Shown here: one piece after another, positions 19,958-29,755 of the stretch
Position numbering within the stretch: position 1 is the first letter of the stretch
Layout: every line of letters begins with the position of its first letter
DNA from: Methanobacteriales archaeon HGW-Methanobacteriales-1
GTDB lineage: Archaea; Methanobacteriota; Methanobacteria; Methanobacteriales; Methanobacteriaceae
Length of the DNA: 32,000 bases
Assembly (NCBI GenBank): GCA_002839705.1
Contig: PGYO01000012.1
Coordinates: forward strand, 2,909-34,908
Direction of reading: 5' to 3'
Position numbers and translations under genes: made by a program
The notes under the pieces: generated by a model
Told to the model about the DNA's origin: nothing
Database searches by the model: none
What the model saw: only the letters and a program-made list of their open reading frames with translations

Positions 19958-20101
19958 TTAAAATAAATCGTTTTTATTTCTATTTTTTTTAATTTGCTTT
20001 ATATTATATTTATTATACAAATTATTATTACTTTTTAAAACAATAATATTAAATATAATAATACTTATTAACTAATTATTACTAAAAAGGTTGTAAGTAT
20101 T

Positions 20102-20518
20102 ATGAATGCTCTTTCAGATGATAATTCTATAAAATCAGAAATCGTGATGCAAAGTACTAGCTATAATTGTGGCCCGGCAGCACTAGCCACGGTACTTCAA
20201 AAAATGGGAATAAAGTGTAATGAAGATGAATTGGCTAAGATGGCTGGCACTGATGATACGGGGACTACTATGTATGGTTTGATGAAAGCTGCCATAAAAA
20301 AAGGATTGAATGCTCGTGGAATGAGAATTCATGCTAAAAATTTGGATTCTGATAATATAGTATTTCTGAATATTGATGGAAAATGTCATTACAGCGTAAT
20401 TAACCAAATAAATGAAAATACAGTGATTTTATCGGATCCGGCCCTGGGAAAAATTGAATTGACCAAAAATTACTTTTTTAAGATATATTCTGGCAATGCA
20501 CTAATTGTATATAAATAA
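20102..20518 (+). CDS. stand-alone peptidase C39-like (papain-fold cysteine peptidase) domain protein
   Basis: 138 aa with Q...C in MQSTSYNCGPAALATVL, His in KCHYSVI and Asp in LSDPALG. This is the order and spacing of the C39 Gln/Cys/His/Asp set. There is no TM segment and no ABC-transporter domain. Confidence 0.7.
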   Translation: MNALSDDNSIKSEIVMQSTSYNCGPAALATVLQKMGIKCNEDELAKMAGTDDTGTTMYGLMKAAIKKGLNARGMRIHAKNLDSDNIVFLNIDGKCHYSVINQINENTVILSDPALGKIELTKNYFFKIYSGNALIVYK

Positions 20519-20725
20519 ATATATTCGGTTAAAAATATTGAAACTAATTTCCGACCGATTTTTCTCATATCAAAGTCAAAATTGCTCCCAGAAAGCTGGA
20601 ATAAATTAATCCCAATTTTCATTAATATGCTGGGCAGATTCATACTACTAATATAAAAACTTACCCATTGCACTTAAATCAAAAAGTACTTAATATCTCA
20701 ATCGATAACACATTTTGGTGATATA

Positions 20726-21556
20726 ATGGTTGTAAAAATCGGTATAATTAAATGTGGTAACATCGGTACATCTCCTGTTTTGGACTTATTACTTGACGAG
20801 AGAGCAGACCGACCAAACATAGATGTATGTGTAATAGGATCTGGGGCTAAAATGAACCCAGAAGAAATCGAAAAAGCCGTACCATTAATGCTTGAAATGG
20901 AAAGGGACTTTGTTATATTCATAAGCCCTAACCCAGGTGCTCCAGGACCTGCTAAAGCCAGAGAATTATTATCTGCTGCAGATGTCCCTGCAATCATCAT
21001 AGGTGACGCTCCTGGTCTACGATCCAAAGAAGAAATGGATGAACAAGGTTTAGGTTACATTATTGTGAAGGCCGACCCAATGATCGGTGCACGAAGAGAA
21101 TTCCTGGACCCAACTGAAATGGCTTCTTTCAATGCAGATGTAATTAAAGTATTAGCTTTAACTGGTGCTTACAGAGTTGTACAAAACACTATTGATGCAG
21201 CAGTAAATGCTGTTGAAGCTGGAAGTGCAATCGAATTACCTAAAGTTGTAATCTCCCGAGATGTAGCTGTTGCAGCTGCTCAATTTGCCAGCCCATACGC
21301 TAAAGCTAAAGCTATGGCTGCCTACGACATCGCTACCAAAGTAGCTGATATTGATGTTGAAGGTTGTTTCATGACTAGAGATGCAGAAAAGTACATACCA
21401 ATCGTAGCTTCTGCTCACGAAATGATTACTACTGCTGCTAAACTCGCTGCTGAAGCAAGAGAAATTGAAAAGGCTAATGACACTGTTGTTCGAACTCCAC
21501 ACGGTGGAAAAGGACAAACCATGGCTAAATCAGTTTTAATGGAAAAACCACAATAA
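20726..21556 (+). CDS. mtd: F420-dependent methylenetetrahydromethanopterin dehydrogenase
   Basis: 276 aa. MVVKIGIIKCGNIGTSPVLDLLLDERADRPNIDV... is near-identical in long stretches to Methanothermobacter Mtd as I recall it. GGTGAT lies 4 nt upstream of the ATG. Confidence 0.96.
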   Translation: MVVKIGIIKCGNIGTSPVLDLLLDERADRPNIDVCVIGSGAKMNPEEIEKAVPLMLEMERDFVIFISPNPGAPGPAKARELLSAADVPAIIIGDAPGLRSKEEMDEQGLGYIIVKADPMIGARREFLDPTEMASFNADVIKVLALTGAYRVVQNTIDAAVNAVEAGSAIELPKVVISRDVAVAAAQFASPYAKAKAMAAYDIATKVADIDVEGCFMTRDAEKYIPIVASAHEMITTAAKLAAEAREIEKANDTVVRTPHGGKGQTMAKSVLMEKPQ

Positions 21557-21566
21557 GCCTGTTTTA

Positions 21567-21600
21567 AAGCGGTCCTCTGGACTGCTTATTTTTTTGTTTT
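21567..21600 (+). terminator. hairpin plus oligo-T terminator after mtd
   Basis: The stem AAGCGGTCC / GGACTGCTT is 9 bp including one G-U pair, with a 3-nt loop. It is followed by TATTTTTTTGTTTT. Confidence 0.55.
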
Positions 21601-21808
21601 TAAAATAATTTATATAATTAGGCTTAAGATTCTCTTACATTAAATCTATTTTTTATTAAATAATGAATTTAATCGCATTTCTATAACTAATTTCTCTTAA
21701 TTATTTTATTTTATAAAAATATTAATAAATAAGTATATATTTAATATTATTATAAATATCAAATAAATATCAGTAACTCTTATTTGAATTCTAATTGAAG
21801 GTAAAATA

Positions 21809-23020
21809 ATGATAGAAAACCTCATAGAACGCTTCTTCAAAGCGGCCACCATGGAAAGATGGAATGATCATATCCGACCTGTGCAGCTTACAGAGCTGGA
21901 TAAACAGGCCCATAAAATGATTATAGCTTATGTTCTAGCTAAAATAGAAGAAGATAGCCGGGGAAAAGATTCTATTAATTGGATTAATCTTATTGAAGGA
22001 TTTTTATTTGATTTTTTACATAGATTAGTTTTAACGGACCTAAAACCATCTGTATTCCATCGAATGATGGATGAAAAAAGAGAAGAATTAAATCAGCATG
22101 TTTTAAATGAATTGAAACTCGATTTAAATGGTTTTAATGATAAATCTTTTGAAGAAAAATTTAAAAATTATCTTTCCAGTAGAGAAAGTACTTTGGAAAA
22201 GAGAATTCTTCGGGCGGCCCATTATTTAGCCACTAACTGGGAATTTAAGATAATATATAACACGGCTCCATTTATCTATGGAATTGAGAACACACGTGAA
22301 AGAATAGAAAACCAGATTGAAGATCACTATGATTTAATAGGTGTTCAAAAGATAATGCTGGAAAAGAAGTCCTTCGGTTTTATTGATCTTTGTGGACAGC
22401 TTAGATTCCAGAAAAGATGGTCTCACTCGCCACGAATTCCGGAAACATCTGTTTTAGGCCATATGTTGATAGTCGCTACCACTTCTTATCTTTGTACCCT
22501 GGAAATGGGAGTTAAAGCATGTGAAAAACGAATTTATAACAACTTTTTTGCAGGATTATTCCATGACTTACCAGAAGTAATGACTAAAGATATAATTTCA
22601 CCGGTAAAGCGTTCTGTTAAAGGACTGGATGATATTATAAAAGAATATGAAGATTATCAAATGAAAGAAGAATTATTGCCCCTTCTTCCCAAGACCTGGC
22701 ACGAAGAGATGCTTTATTTCACTGGTGATGAATTTAAAAATAAAATTAAAGATTCTGAAAATATTAAGTTCGTTTCCTTTAATGATTTAAATAAAAAATA
22801 CAACAAAAATGAATATTATCCTTTAGATGGAGAACTAGTCAAGGCCTGTGATCAACTAGCAGCCTTTGCTGAGGCCAAGATTTCTATTCGTCATGGAGTC
22901 ACTTCTAAAGATTTGGAGGATGCTCAAAAAAGTATTATGGGCAATTGGAAATCTAAAAAAGTTTCTGGCAACGATTTTGGCCATATTTTCCATAGTTTAG
23001 AGGAATTGATTGAGGAATAA
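21809..23020 (+). CDS. HD-domain phosphohydrolase, YfbR-like, with an internally duplicated degenerate N-terminal copy
   Basis: The C-terminal half has KRWSHSPRIPETSVLGHML...GLFHDLPEVMTKDIISPVK (YfbR-type RW...E..S.H...HD..E..TGD.P.PVK pattern). The N-terminal half repeats the scaffold (ERWNDHIRPVQLTELDKQAH...GFLFDFLHRLVLTDLKPSV) but has FD in place of HD. Confidence 0.7.
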   Translation: MIENLIERFFKAATMERWNDHIRPVQLTELDKQAHKMIIAYVLAKIEEDSRGKDSINWINLIEGFLFDFLHRLVLTDLKPSVFHRMMDEKREELNQHVLNELKLDLNGFNDKSFEEKFKNYLSSRESTLEKRILRAAHYLATNWEFKIIYNTAPFIYGIENTRERIENQIEDHYDLIGVQKIMLEKKSFGFIDLCGQLRFQKRWSHSPRIPETSVLGHMLIVATTSYLCTLEMGVKACEKRIYNNFFAGLFHDLPEVMTKDIISPVKRSVKGLDDIIKEYEDYQMKEELLPLLPKTWHEEMLYFTGDEFKNKIKDSENIKFVSFNDLNKKYNKNEYYPLDGELVKACDQLAAFAEAKISIRHGVTSKDLEDAQKSIMGNWKSKKVSGNDFGHIFHSLEELIEE

Positions 23021-23037
23021 TTATTTGAGGTATTATA

Positions 23038-23337
23038 ATGTTTTCAAAAGCAGAAATAGATAGTATATTTGACGAATATAATGAAATAACTGTTTCTTCC
23101 ACGGCTAAATTGTCTGAAATTAAGACTAAAGATCTTACAGATTCCACACAGGAAGATGTTTCACATTACATCGATTATATCAAGTTTCAGATTAATAAAA
23201 TTGATCTGGTTTTAGACAAAATCGAGCATGTTCTGGATAATTACAACCAACTAGATATTCATATAGAATCATATGAATTAAGTGGCATGGAAAGAGAATT
23301 GATTTTACTGAGAAAAGAATATAGTTCTTTGATTTAA
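23038..23337 (+). CDS. small acidic hypothetical protein, probably helical/coiled-coil
   Basis: 99 aa. TGAGGT lies 7 nt upstream of the ATG. It starts 17 nt after the HD gene on the same strand. The sequence shows heptad-like hydrophobic spacing (IDYIKFQINKIDLVLDKIEHVLDNY). Confidence 0.5.
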   Translation: MFSKAEIDSIFDEYNEITVSSTAKLSEIKTKDLTDSTQEDVSHYIDYIKFQINKIDLVLDKIEHVLDNYNQLDIHIESYELSGMERELILLRKEYSSLI

Positions 23338-23505
23338 TCATGATTTTTATTCTTTTCATTTTTTAAATCAATTAGAATTTTTGATTGAATTTAAAATAAA
23401 TTATTTGCGAAGTTTTTTTTAATTGTAATTAATTTAACATAATTTTTATTCTAAAATAAAAAATTCCTTAATAGTTATCTCTCAATGTGTATACATGGTA
23501 TCCAC

Positions 23506-24135
23506 TTACTCTTTCGATTTATGTACTCGGTATAAAACAGAGAAAGAACTCATAATTATGGGTACTATTGGGTAAACTGCTAAGCTCCAGAAAGGACTAA
23601 TAAAGGAAATTGATATGGAAATTAATGCTATAATTGGTAACGAAATATAGCTTAGAATTATCCGTTTAGTGTATGGTCTGACTTTTTCCTCCATAAAACC
23701 ACCATAATAAGCGTATAAAAGATTAATTACGTATAAAATACCAATTAAGAACATATTAAGTCCAAATATTATTTCAGAAAGAGGGTACTGGCTGTAGGAA
23801 CCAATTAAGGAGGCACTAAAAGGTACCAAAACTACTAACATTAGCCAGAGGATATTTATCCAGACAAGTCTAGTATTAGTTTTCTTAATTAAAAAGAAAA
23901 TATGGTGATTTAGCCAGAAAGAACCCAGTAAAATAAAACTAAGTGCATAAACTGATATTTTTGGAATTAATTCAAAAACGTAATTTTGAAAATCAACAGA
24001 TGAGCTTATAGCTCCTGGAAGGGGAGCTTCAATACTTAAAACTAGTAGAGTCATTGCTATGGCAAATATGCCGTCGGCCAGGGTTTCCAGACGGGCGGTG
24101 GGCATGGTGAATTTTCTTCTGAGTTCGGAAGCCAT
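23506..24135 (-). CDS. TMEM175/DUF1211-family potassium channel-like membrane protein
   Basis: RLETLADGIFAIAMTLLVL matches the family signature (R.E.FSDGVFAIAITLL). The protein is 209 aa with six predicted TM segments. Confidence 0.8.
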   Translation of the reverse strand: MASELRRKFTMPTARLETLADGIFAIAMTLLVLSIEAPLPGAISSSVDFQNYVFELIPKISVYALSFILLGSFWLNHHIFFLIKKTNTRLVWINILWLMLVVLVPFSASLIGSYSQYPLSEIIFGLNMFLIGILYVINLLYAYYGGFMEEKVRPYTKRIILSYISLPIIALISISISFISPFWSLAVYPIVPIIMSSFSVLYRVHKSKE

Positions 24136-24166
24136 GATATCTTAATTTATTATAAATTTACAATTA

Positions 24167-24754
24167 TCATAATATACCTTTAGTACTAGGTATCTGGTCA
24201 TGTTTCACCTGCAAAGCGTCCTTAAGAGCTCTGGCTAGGGCCTTAAAAAGTGCTTCAATCTGGTGATGGTCATTTTCTCCTTCTACCTTGGCATTGATAT
24301 TAATACGGGCGCTGCTGGCAAATGATTCCAGAAAATGTTCCACATTCTCGGTGGATAATTCACCAACTTTTGCTTGAGTAAATTGCATATCCATAACACA
24401 ATAGCTTCTTCCACCAATATCCACGGCCACCATGGCCAATGCTTCGTCCATGGGCACCAATGAATGAGATATTCTTTCAATTCCCTTTTTATCTCCAATT
24501 GCCTGGTTAAATACCTCTCCTAAAAGTATTCCCACATCTTCCACGGTGTGATGGTCATCTACACTCACATCGCCGGTAGCTTTAACTTCCAGATCGAAAA
24601 ATCCATGTCTGGCAAATGATTCTAACATGTGGTCAAAGAATTCCACCCCAGTTTGGATATTATAATTTCCCTGACCATCCAAATCCAGAATGATTTCAAT
24701 ATCAGTTTCAGAGGTTTTCCTGCTTAAGCTCTTTTTCCTTTTTTTCATCGGCAT
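24167..24754 (-). CDS. hisB: imidazoleglycerol-phosphate dehydratase
   Basis: 195 aa with [40 protein letters not shown] and a C-terminal PSTKG. Confidence 0.95.
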   Translation of the reverse strand: MPMKKRKKSLSRKTSETDIEIILDLDGQGNYNIQTGVEFFDHMLESFARHGFFDLEVKATGDVSVDDHHTVEDVGILLGEVFNQAIGDKKGIERISHSLVPMDEALAMVAVDIGGRSYCVMDMQFTQAKVGELSTENVEHFLESFASSARININAKVEGENDHHQIEALFKALARALKDALQVKHDQIPSTKGIL

Positions 24755-24947
24755 CTCTCACGATTTTTATAGCATCTGCGCGACATTCACTGGCGCATAA
24801 TGTGCAAACATGGCAGAAGGTTAAATCCTTTACTTCAGCTTTCCCTGCAGTGTTTTTTTCCCAGATTCTATATCCTTTTGGACAAATTTCCATGCAGTTA
24901 CCGCAACCAGTGCACTTTTCTTGATCCACTTCTATTCGCATATCCAT
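24708..24947 (-). CDS. 2x[4Fe-4S] ferredoxin-domain protein
   Basis: Two CxxCxxCxxxC motifs: [12 protein letters not shown] and [11 protein letters not shown]. The start is probably the second ATG (24941), given the spacing from GAGG. The 3' end overlaps the hisB 5' end. Confidence 0.8.
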   Translation of the reverse strand: MDMRIEVDQEKCTGCGNCMEICPKGYRIWEKNTAGKAEVKDLTFCHVCTLCASECRADAIKIVRDADEKKEKELKQENL

Positions 24948-24961
24948 TCCTCATGATATAA

Positions 24962-24989
24962 TGATAACTTATAAGTTAAAACTTATAAC
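24962..24989. repeat. array of 4 tandem 7-bp units (TGATAAC TTATAAG TTAAAAC TTATAAC)
   Basis: Read directly from the sequence. It contains the 14-bp perfect palindrome TAACTTATAAGTTA (24965-24978). It sits between the ModE-like gene and the ferredoxin-hisB pair. Confidence 0.8.
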
Positions 24990-25020
24990 TAACTATATTA
25001 GATTTGTTATTAATTGGTAA

Positions 25021-25713
25021 TTAGCCTTTAACTACAGCGAGTGAAACTGCCTTAAACCCTATAAAAACAATTTTTCCCAGATCTAATTCTAATTTTTCCC
25101 TAGAAAATTCTGTAACATCAACATCTAGAGTTTCTTTATTACTCAATTGGATTTCAAGCCTTACCATATCGTCGTGAAGTTTTAAACCTACTATTTTTCC
25201 TTCTATTATATTTCTAACACTAGATTCTTGAGGTTCGAGCATAACAATAATATCTTCAGGACTTATAAGTAGAATTACATCTTCTCCAAGTTTAAAATCC
25301 GGGGTCATGGGCAATGTGATGTCTTCCCCATTGAAGTCAATATGCATTACCTTTCCTTCTTCGTCAATTATGGAAATTTTTCCACTTAATTCATTGGTTT
25401 GGGAAACTTTTTGAAGAACTTTCTCAACTTTGGTGTATTCTTTTACAATCTCTTTACCCAGTGAAGATAGCTTGCTTCCACCTCCACCTCCGCGGCCACC
25501 TCGAGTGGTGAAAACTACTCCATGGCCTAGTGTTTCTTCCATTACTTCAATGTATTTTAGGGCAGTTCTGTATGGAATTTTTGTTTTTTTGGAGGCATTC
25601 ATAATAGAGCCACAATTATCAATCTTCTTTAAAAGCTCAAACCTGCGGCTATCCATGAGCATATTCTTTCCATTGATATTCAAATTGTACTCTGCTTTAC
25701 GTGCACGGGTCAT
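25021..25713 (-). CDS. ModE-like regulator (N-terminal HTH plus a single Mop/TOBE-like domain)
   Basis: ELLKKIDNCGSIMNASKKTKIPYRTALKYIEVME...TTRGGRGGGGGSKLSSLGKEIV is the ModE N-domain pattern, including the Gly-rich turn. The C-terminal SVRNIIEGKIVGLKLHDDMVRLEIQL is TOBE/Mop-like. Confidence 0.78.
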   Translation of the reverse strand: MTRARKAEYNLNINGKNMLMDSRRFELLKKIDNCGSIMNASKKTKIPYRTALKYIEVMEETLGHGVVFTTRGGRGGGGGSKLSSLGKEIVKEYTKVEKVLQKVSQTNELSGKISIIDEEGKVMHIDFNGEDITLPMTPDFKLGEDVILLISPEDIIVMLEPQESSVRNIIEGKIVGLKLHDDMVRLEIQLSNKETLDVDVTEFSREKLELDLGKIVFIGFKAVSLAVVKG

Positions 25714-25731
25714 AATAAAACCTCTTATCTA

Positions 25732-27291
25732 TTATATGGAATACTTTTCTATAAACTTAACCAATTTTTCGATGATGCTAGATATTGGGCCTAATTTATT
25801 TCCTATACGACGCATTAGTCTAACATCTCTTTTTTCAAATCCTTTTAAAAATGTAAAAGCTATTACATATATTATTGGTGCAATTATAATAGCTAAAATC
25901 AGCCCGAGGATTGTTTGGGGGATAAAAAACATTCCTAATCCCATGACTGCAGATGCTAAAGTTATTTTGGCAAAGGACATAAATGGTAACTTCACTTCAG
26001 TAATTTTGTAGGTTTTCCACAAAATGGGGATCATGATAACAAACGCAGTAATAGTTGTAGCCAATGCAGCACCAATTATTCCGTAAAATTGTATGAGGAA
26101 CCAGTTCAAAGCTATATTTACCACGCTCCCTACTACTAAAATGTACATAGGTAATCTGGGATAGCCTAATCCCTGAGCTATACTAGAAGAGACCATGAAT
26201 AACGTATAAAATGCCATTCCAATAACTAATATGCTTAATGCTCCTGCCCCGTATACATAATCAACACCAAAAAGAAGCTCCAAAAGAGGGCCAGAAAATA
26301 TTGCAATACCAATACATAGGGGAAGAACAGTTAAAACTACCATCCGATACGATTGAGTAACATAAGTTGTTAACAATGCTTTATCTTTCAAAGCAAAGGC
26401 TTCAGACGCGGCTGGAAGTACTGCCGTAGCTACTGAGAGAGAAATTACTAGTGGAAGGCGAGCTATAGGATCCACGGCGTTATAATAACCACTAAATTTG
26501 GTAGCCATAAAAATCCCCAATACGAAAATGCTTGCTCCATAAATAGACATTTCAGATAATGCAGTGATGATAACAGGTATGGAGAATATTAAAAGAGTCT
26601 TAATAAGCCCCATTTCTTGTCTAAAGTTGAATTTATGTTCTGGATCAAGAGAAGGCAAATATTTCCACATATATTTTCTAAAAATGATGATTGCAGAAAC
26701 TGCAGAGGCCATAAATCCTATTCCTGTTCCAATCACAGCTCCTGCCGCGTAAAATCCGAGCATGACCAGAATGACTGCAAAAACAATCATGAAAACTTGT
26801 TCCACTGCCCGGGTAATTACCACATATTCCATTTTATATATCCCTTGGAATGCACCTCTAAAAGCACCAACTATAACGCTGAAAGGGGTTATTAGTGCTA
26901 CTGCTTGAAGAGGAAGAGCTGCAGCAGGCTTATGCCATATATTATTAGCTATCATTGGCCCAATGAAAAACATAACTATGGAAAATAAAATTCCCAGAAA
27001 CATCATAAATTTTAATGATGTGAAAACCACCTGACTGGCCATTTGGTCTTCTTCAAGGGCTTTATGTTGAGAAACATATTTGGCTATGGCTGGAGGCAAT
27101 CCTCCTGCTGATAGGACCTGAAATACTCCTTGGAAAAATAATGTGTATCCTAATATTCCGTATCCTTCAGGACCCAGCATTCGGGCCATTAAAAATCGAT
27201 ATACGTAGCCCCCTACTCTAAATAGAAGATTACTAATCATTAAGAGGAAACTTCCTCTAAGTAGCTTTGCTGCGCCCTTACTTGTGCTCAT
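25732..27291 (-). CDS. MOP-superfamily flippase (polysaccharide biosynthesis / Wzx-MurJ-SpoVB-like)
   Basis: 519 aa with about 14 TM segments. The N-terminus LLRGSFLLMISNLLFRVGGYVYRFLMARMLGPEGYG is typical of PST-family flippases. Confidence 0.78.
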   Translation of the reverse strand: MSTSKGAAKLLRGSFLLMISNLLFRVGGYVYRFLMARMLGPEGYGILGYTLFFQGVFQVLSAGGLPPAIAKYVSQHKALEEDQMASQVVFTSLKFMMFLGILFSIVMFFIGPMIANNIWHKPAAALPLQAVALITPFSVIVGAFRGAFQGIYKMEYVVITRAVEQVFMIVFAVILVMLGFYAAGAVIGTGIGFMASAVSAIIIFRKYMWKYLPSLDPEHKFNFRQEMGLIKTLLIFSIPVIITALSEMSIYGASIFVLGIFMATKFSGYYNAVDPIARLPLVISLSVATAVLPAASEAFALKDKALLTTYVTQSYRMVVLTVLPLCIGIAIFSGPLLELLFGVDYVYGAGALSILVIGMAFYTLFMVSSSIAQGLGYPRLPMYILVVGSVVNIALNWFLIQFYGIIGAALATTITAFVIMIPILWKTYKITEVKLPFMSFAKITLASAVMGLGMFFIPQTILGLILAIIIAPIIYVIAFTFLKGFEKRDVRLMRRIGNKLGPISSIIEKLVKFIEKYSI

Positions 27292-27474
27292 TGAATCACC
27301 AGGAAACCATATTTTAATCAGCTATGATTTCGTTGAAAATAAATAAAATTTAATTAAACTAAATATTATTTAGAATATTAGTTTATAAACTTGCTTAATG
27401 CGTGGTTGTATTTATAATAGTTTTTGCCTAAAATAAAAAATTATAAGAATAATTATAAAATAAAACTTAATAAA

Positions 27475-28077
27475 TCAAGGTTTTTTATGAGTTTCAGGGT
27501 TATAAGTTTCTAGATATCTAGCAAACATATTCACAGTTTTTCTTAATGTCCTGAAACCTTCCTTATCTTCCTTAACCCCCTCAAGTGAATCTTTAGACCA
27601 TAAACAGGCCCCTAAATTGGCCCCAAAGGATCCCCCACTAACGGGAATGACTCCACTTAATAGGTAATAAGTGTGAATTTGTAGAAGGGCCATCTCCTGA
27701 CCCCCAGAGCGGTCGCCGCCAACGGCAATACCCATTCCTATTTTCCCCCGTAGAGAATCGTAATCTGCGGCTCCTAAGGCCCGACATCGGTCCATTATAC
27801 ACTTTATTTGCCCGCTTACTCCACCATTATACATGGGGCTGGCTATTATAATTCCCTGTGCATTATTCAGTAATTCATAAACTTCAGTCATGTCATCTTT
27901 TAGGAAACACTCTTTTTTCCTGAGGCAGTAATCGCAGTGTTTGCAAGGCCCAATATTTTTGCCTCTTACTCCATAAAAAGTGGTTTCAAAACCCTTATCT
28001 TCCATTATGGCGAGAGCTTCTTTTAAAATGTGATCTGTGGCTTTTTTTCTTGGACTGCCGCATATTCCCACTATCAT
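27475..28077 (-). CDS. iron-sulfur flavoprotein (NADPH-dependent FMN reductase fold)
   Basis: Flavodoxin-like start MIVGICGSPRKK. Compact Cys motif CKHCDYCLRKKEC (Cx2Cx2Cx5C), as in the Methanosarcina Isf family. SPMYNGGVSG FMN-binding loop. Confidence 0.8.
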   Translation of the reverse strand: MIVGICGSPRKKATDHILKEALAIMEDKGFETTFYGVRGKNIGPCKHCDYCLRKKECFLKDDMTEVYELLNNAQGIIIASPMYNGGVSGQIKCIMDRCRALGAADYDSLRGKIGMGIAVGGDRSGGQEMALLQIHTYYLLSGVIPVSGGSFGANLGACLWSKDSLEGVKEDKEGFRTLRKTVNMFARYLETYNPETHKKP

Positions 28078-28284
28078 GATGATTACCTCTTTAATATCTT
28101 AAAAAATTTATAAGAATTATATAGTTAGAGATTGGTAGCTTTATTCTAATAAAATTTAGCTTTTGATATAATTCAAAAAAATATTAATTTAAAAAACGAT
28201 TAAATTTGCCATAAATGCATAAATAAGAGCGGTAAAAACAAAAAAGTAAAAAAAGAAAGAAATCGAGTTATCAATCAATTAAGA

Positions 28285-29505
<1,221 letters not shown>

Positions 29506-29755
29506 TAAAGTCCTCCTTTATAGAATTTCATGGTTTTTTGATTATAATGTAAGTCGAACCATTGAATGATAATCCAATTCAGAAATATAGTTTTATTTCT
29601 ATATAATTATTATTTATTTAATCCATTTATATTTTCTATGATAAAATTGAAAATTAGCAAATAAAAATAGTTTCCATGGTTTGCCTTTAAAAAAATAATA
29701 ATTTTTTTAAAATATTTGAAATAAAAATTAAAAAATAGTAGAATTTTGTTTTTAC

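Noticed and set aside
20470-20673. 67-aa minus-strand ORF as a possible substrate peptide for the C39-like peptidase
   Set aside because: It overlaps the 3' end of the peptidase gene in antisense. It has no Shine-Dalgarno and no double-glycine leader motif, and its composition looks like AT-rich noise.
25430-26011. 193-aa plus-strand ORF
   Set aside because: It runs antisense across the junction of two well-supported minus-strand genes (ModE-like and flippase). Its Pro/Ser-rich patch is the antisense image of the ModE Gly-rich turn.
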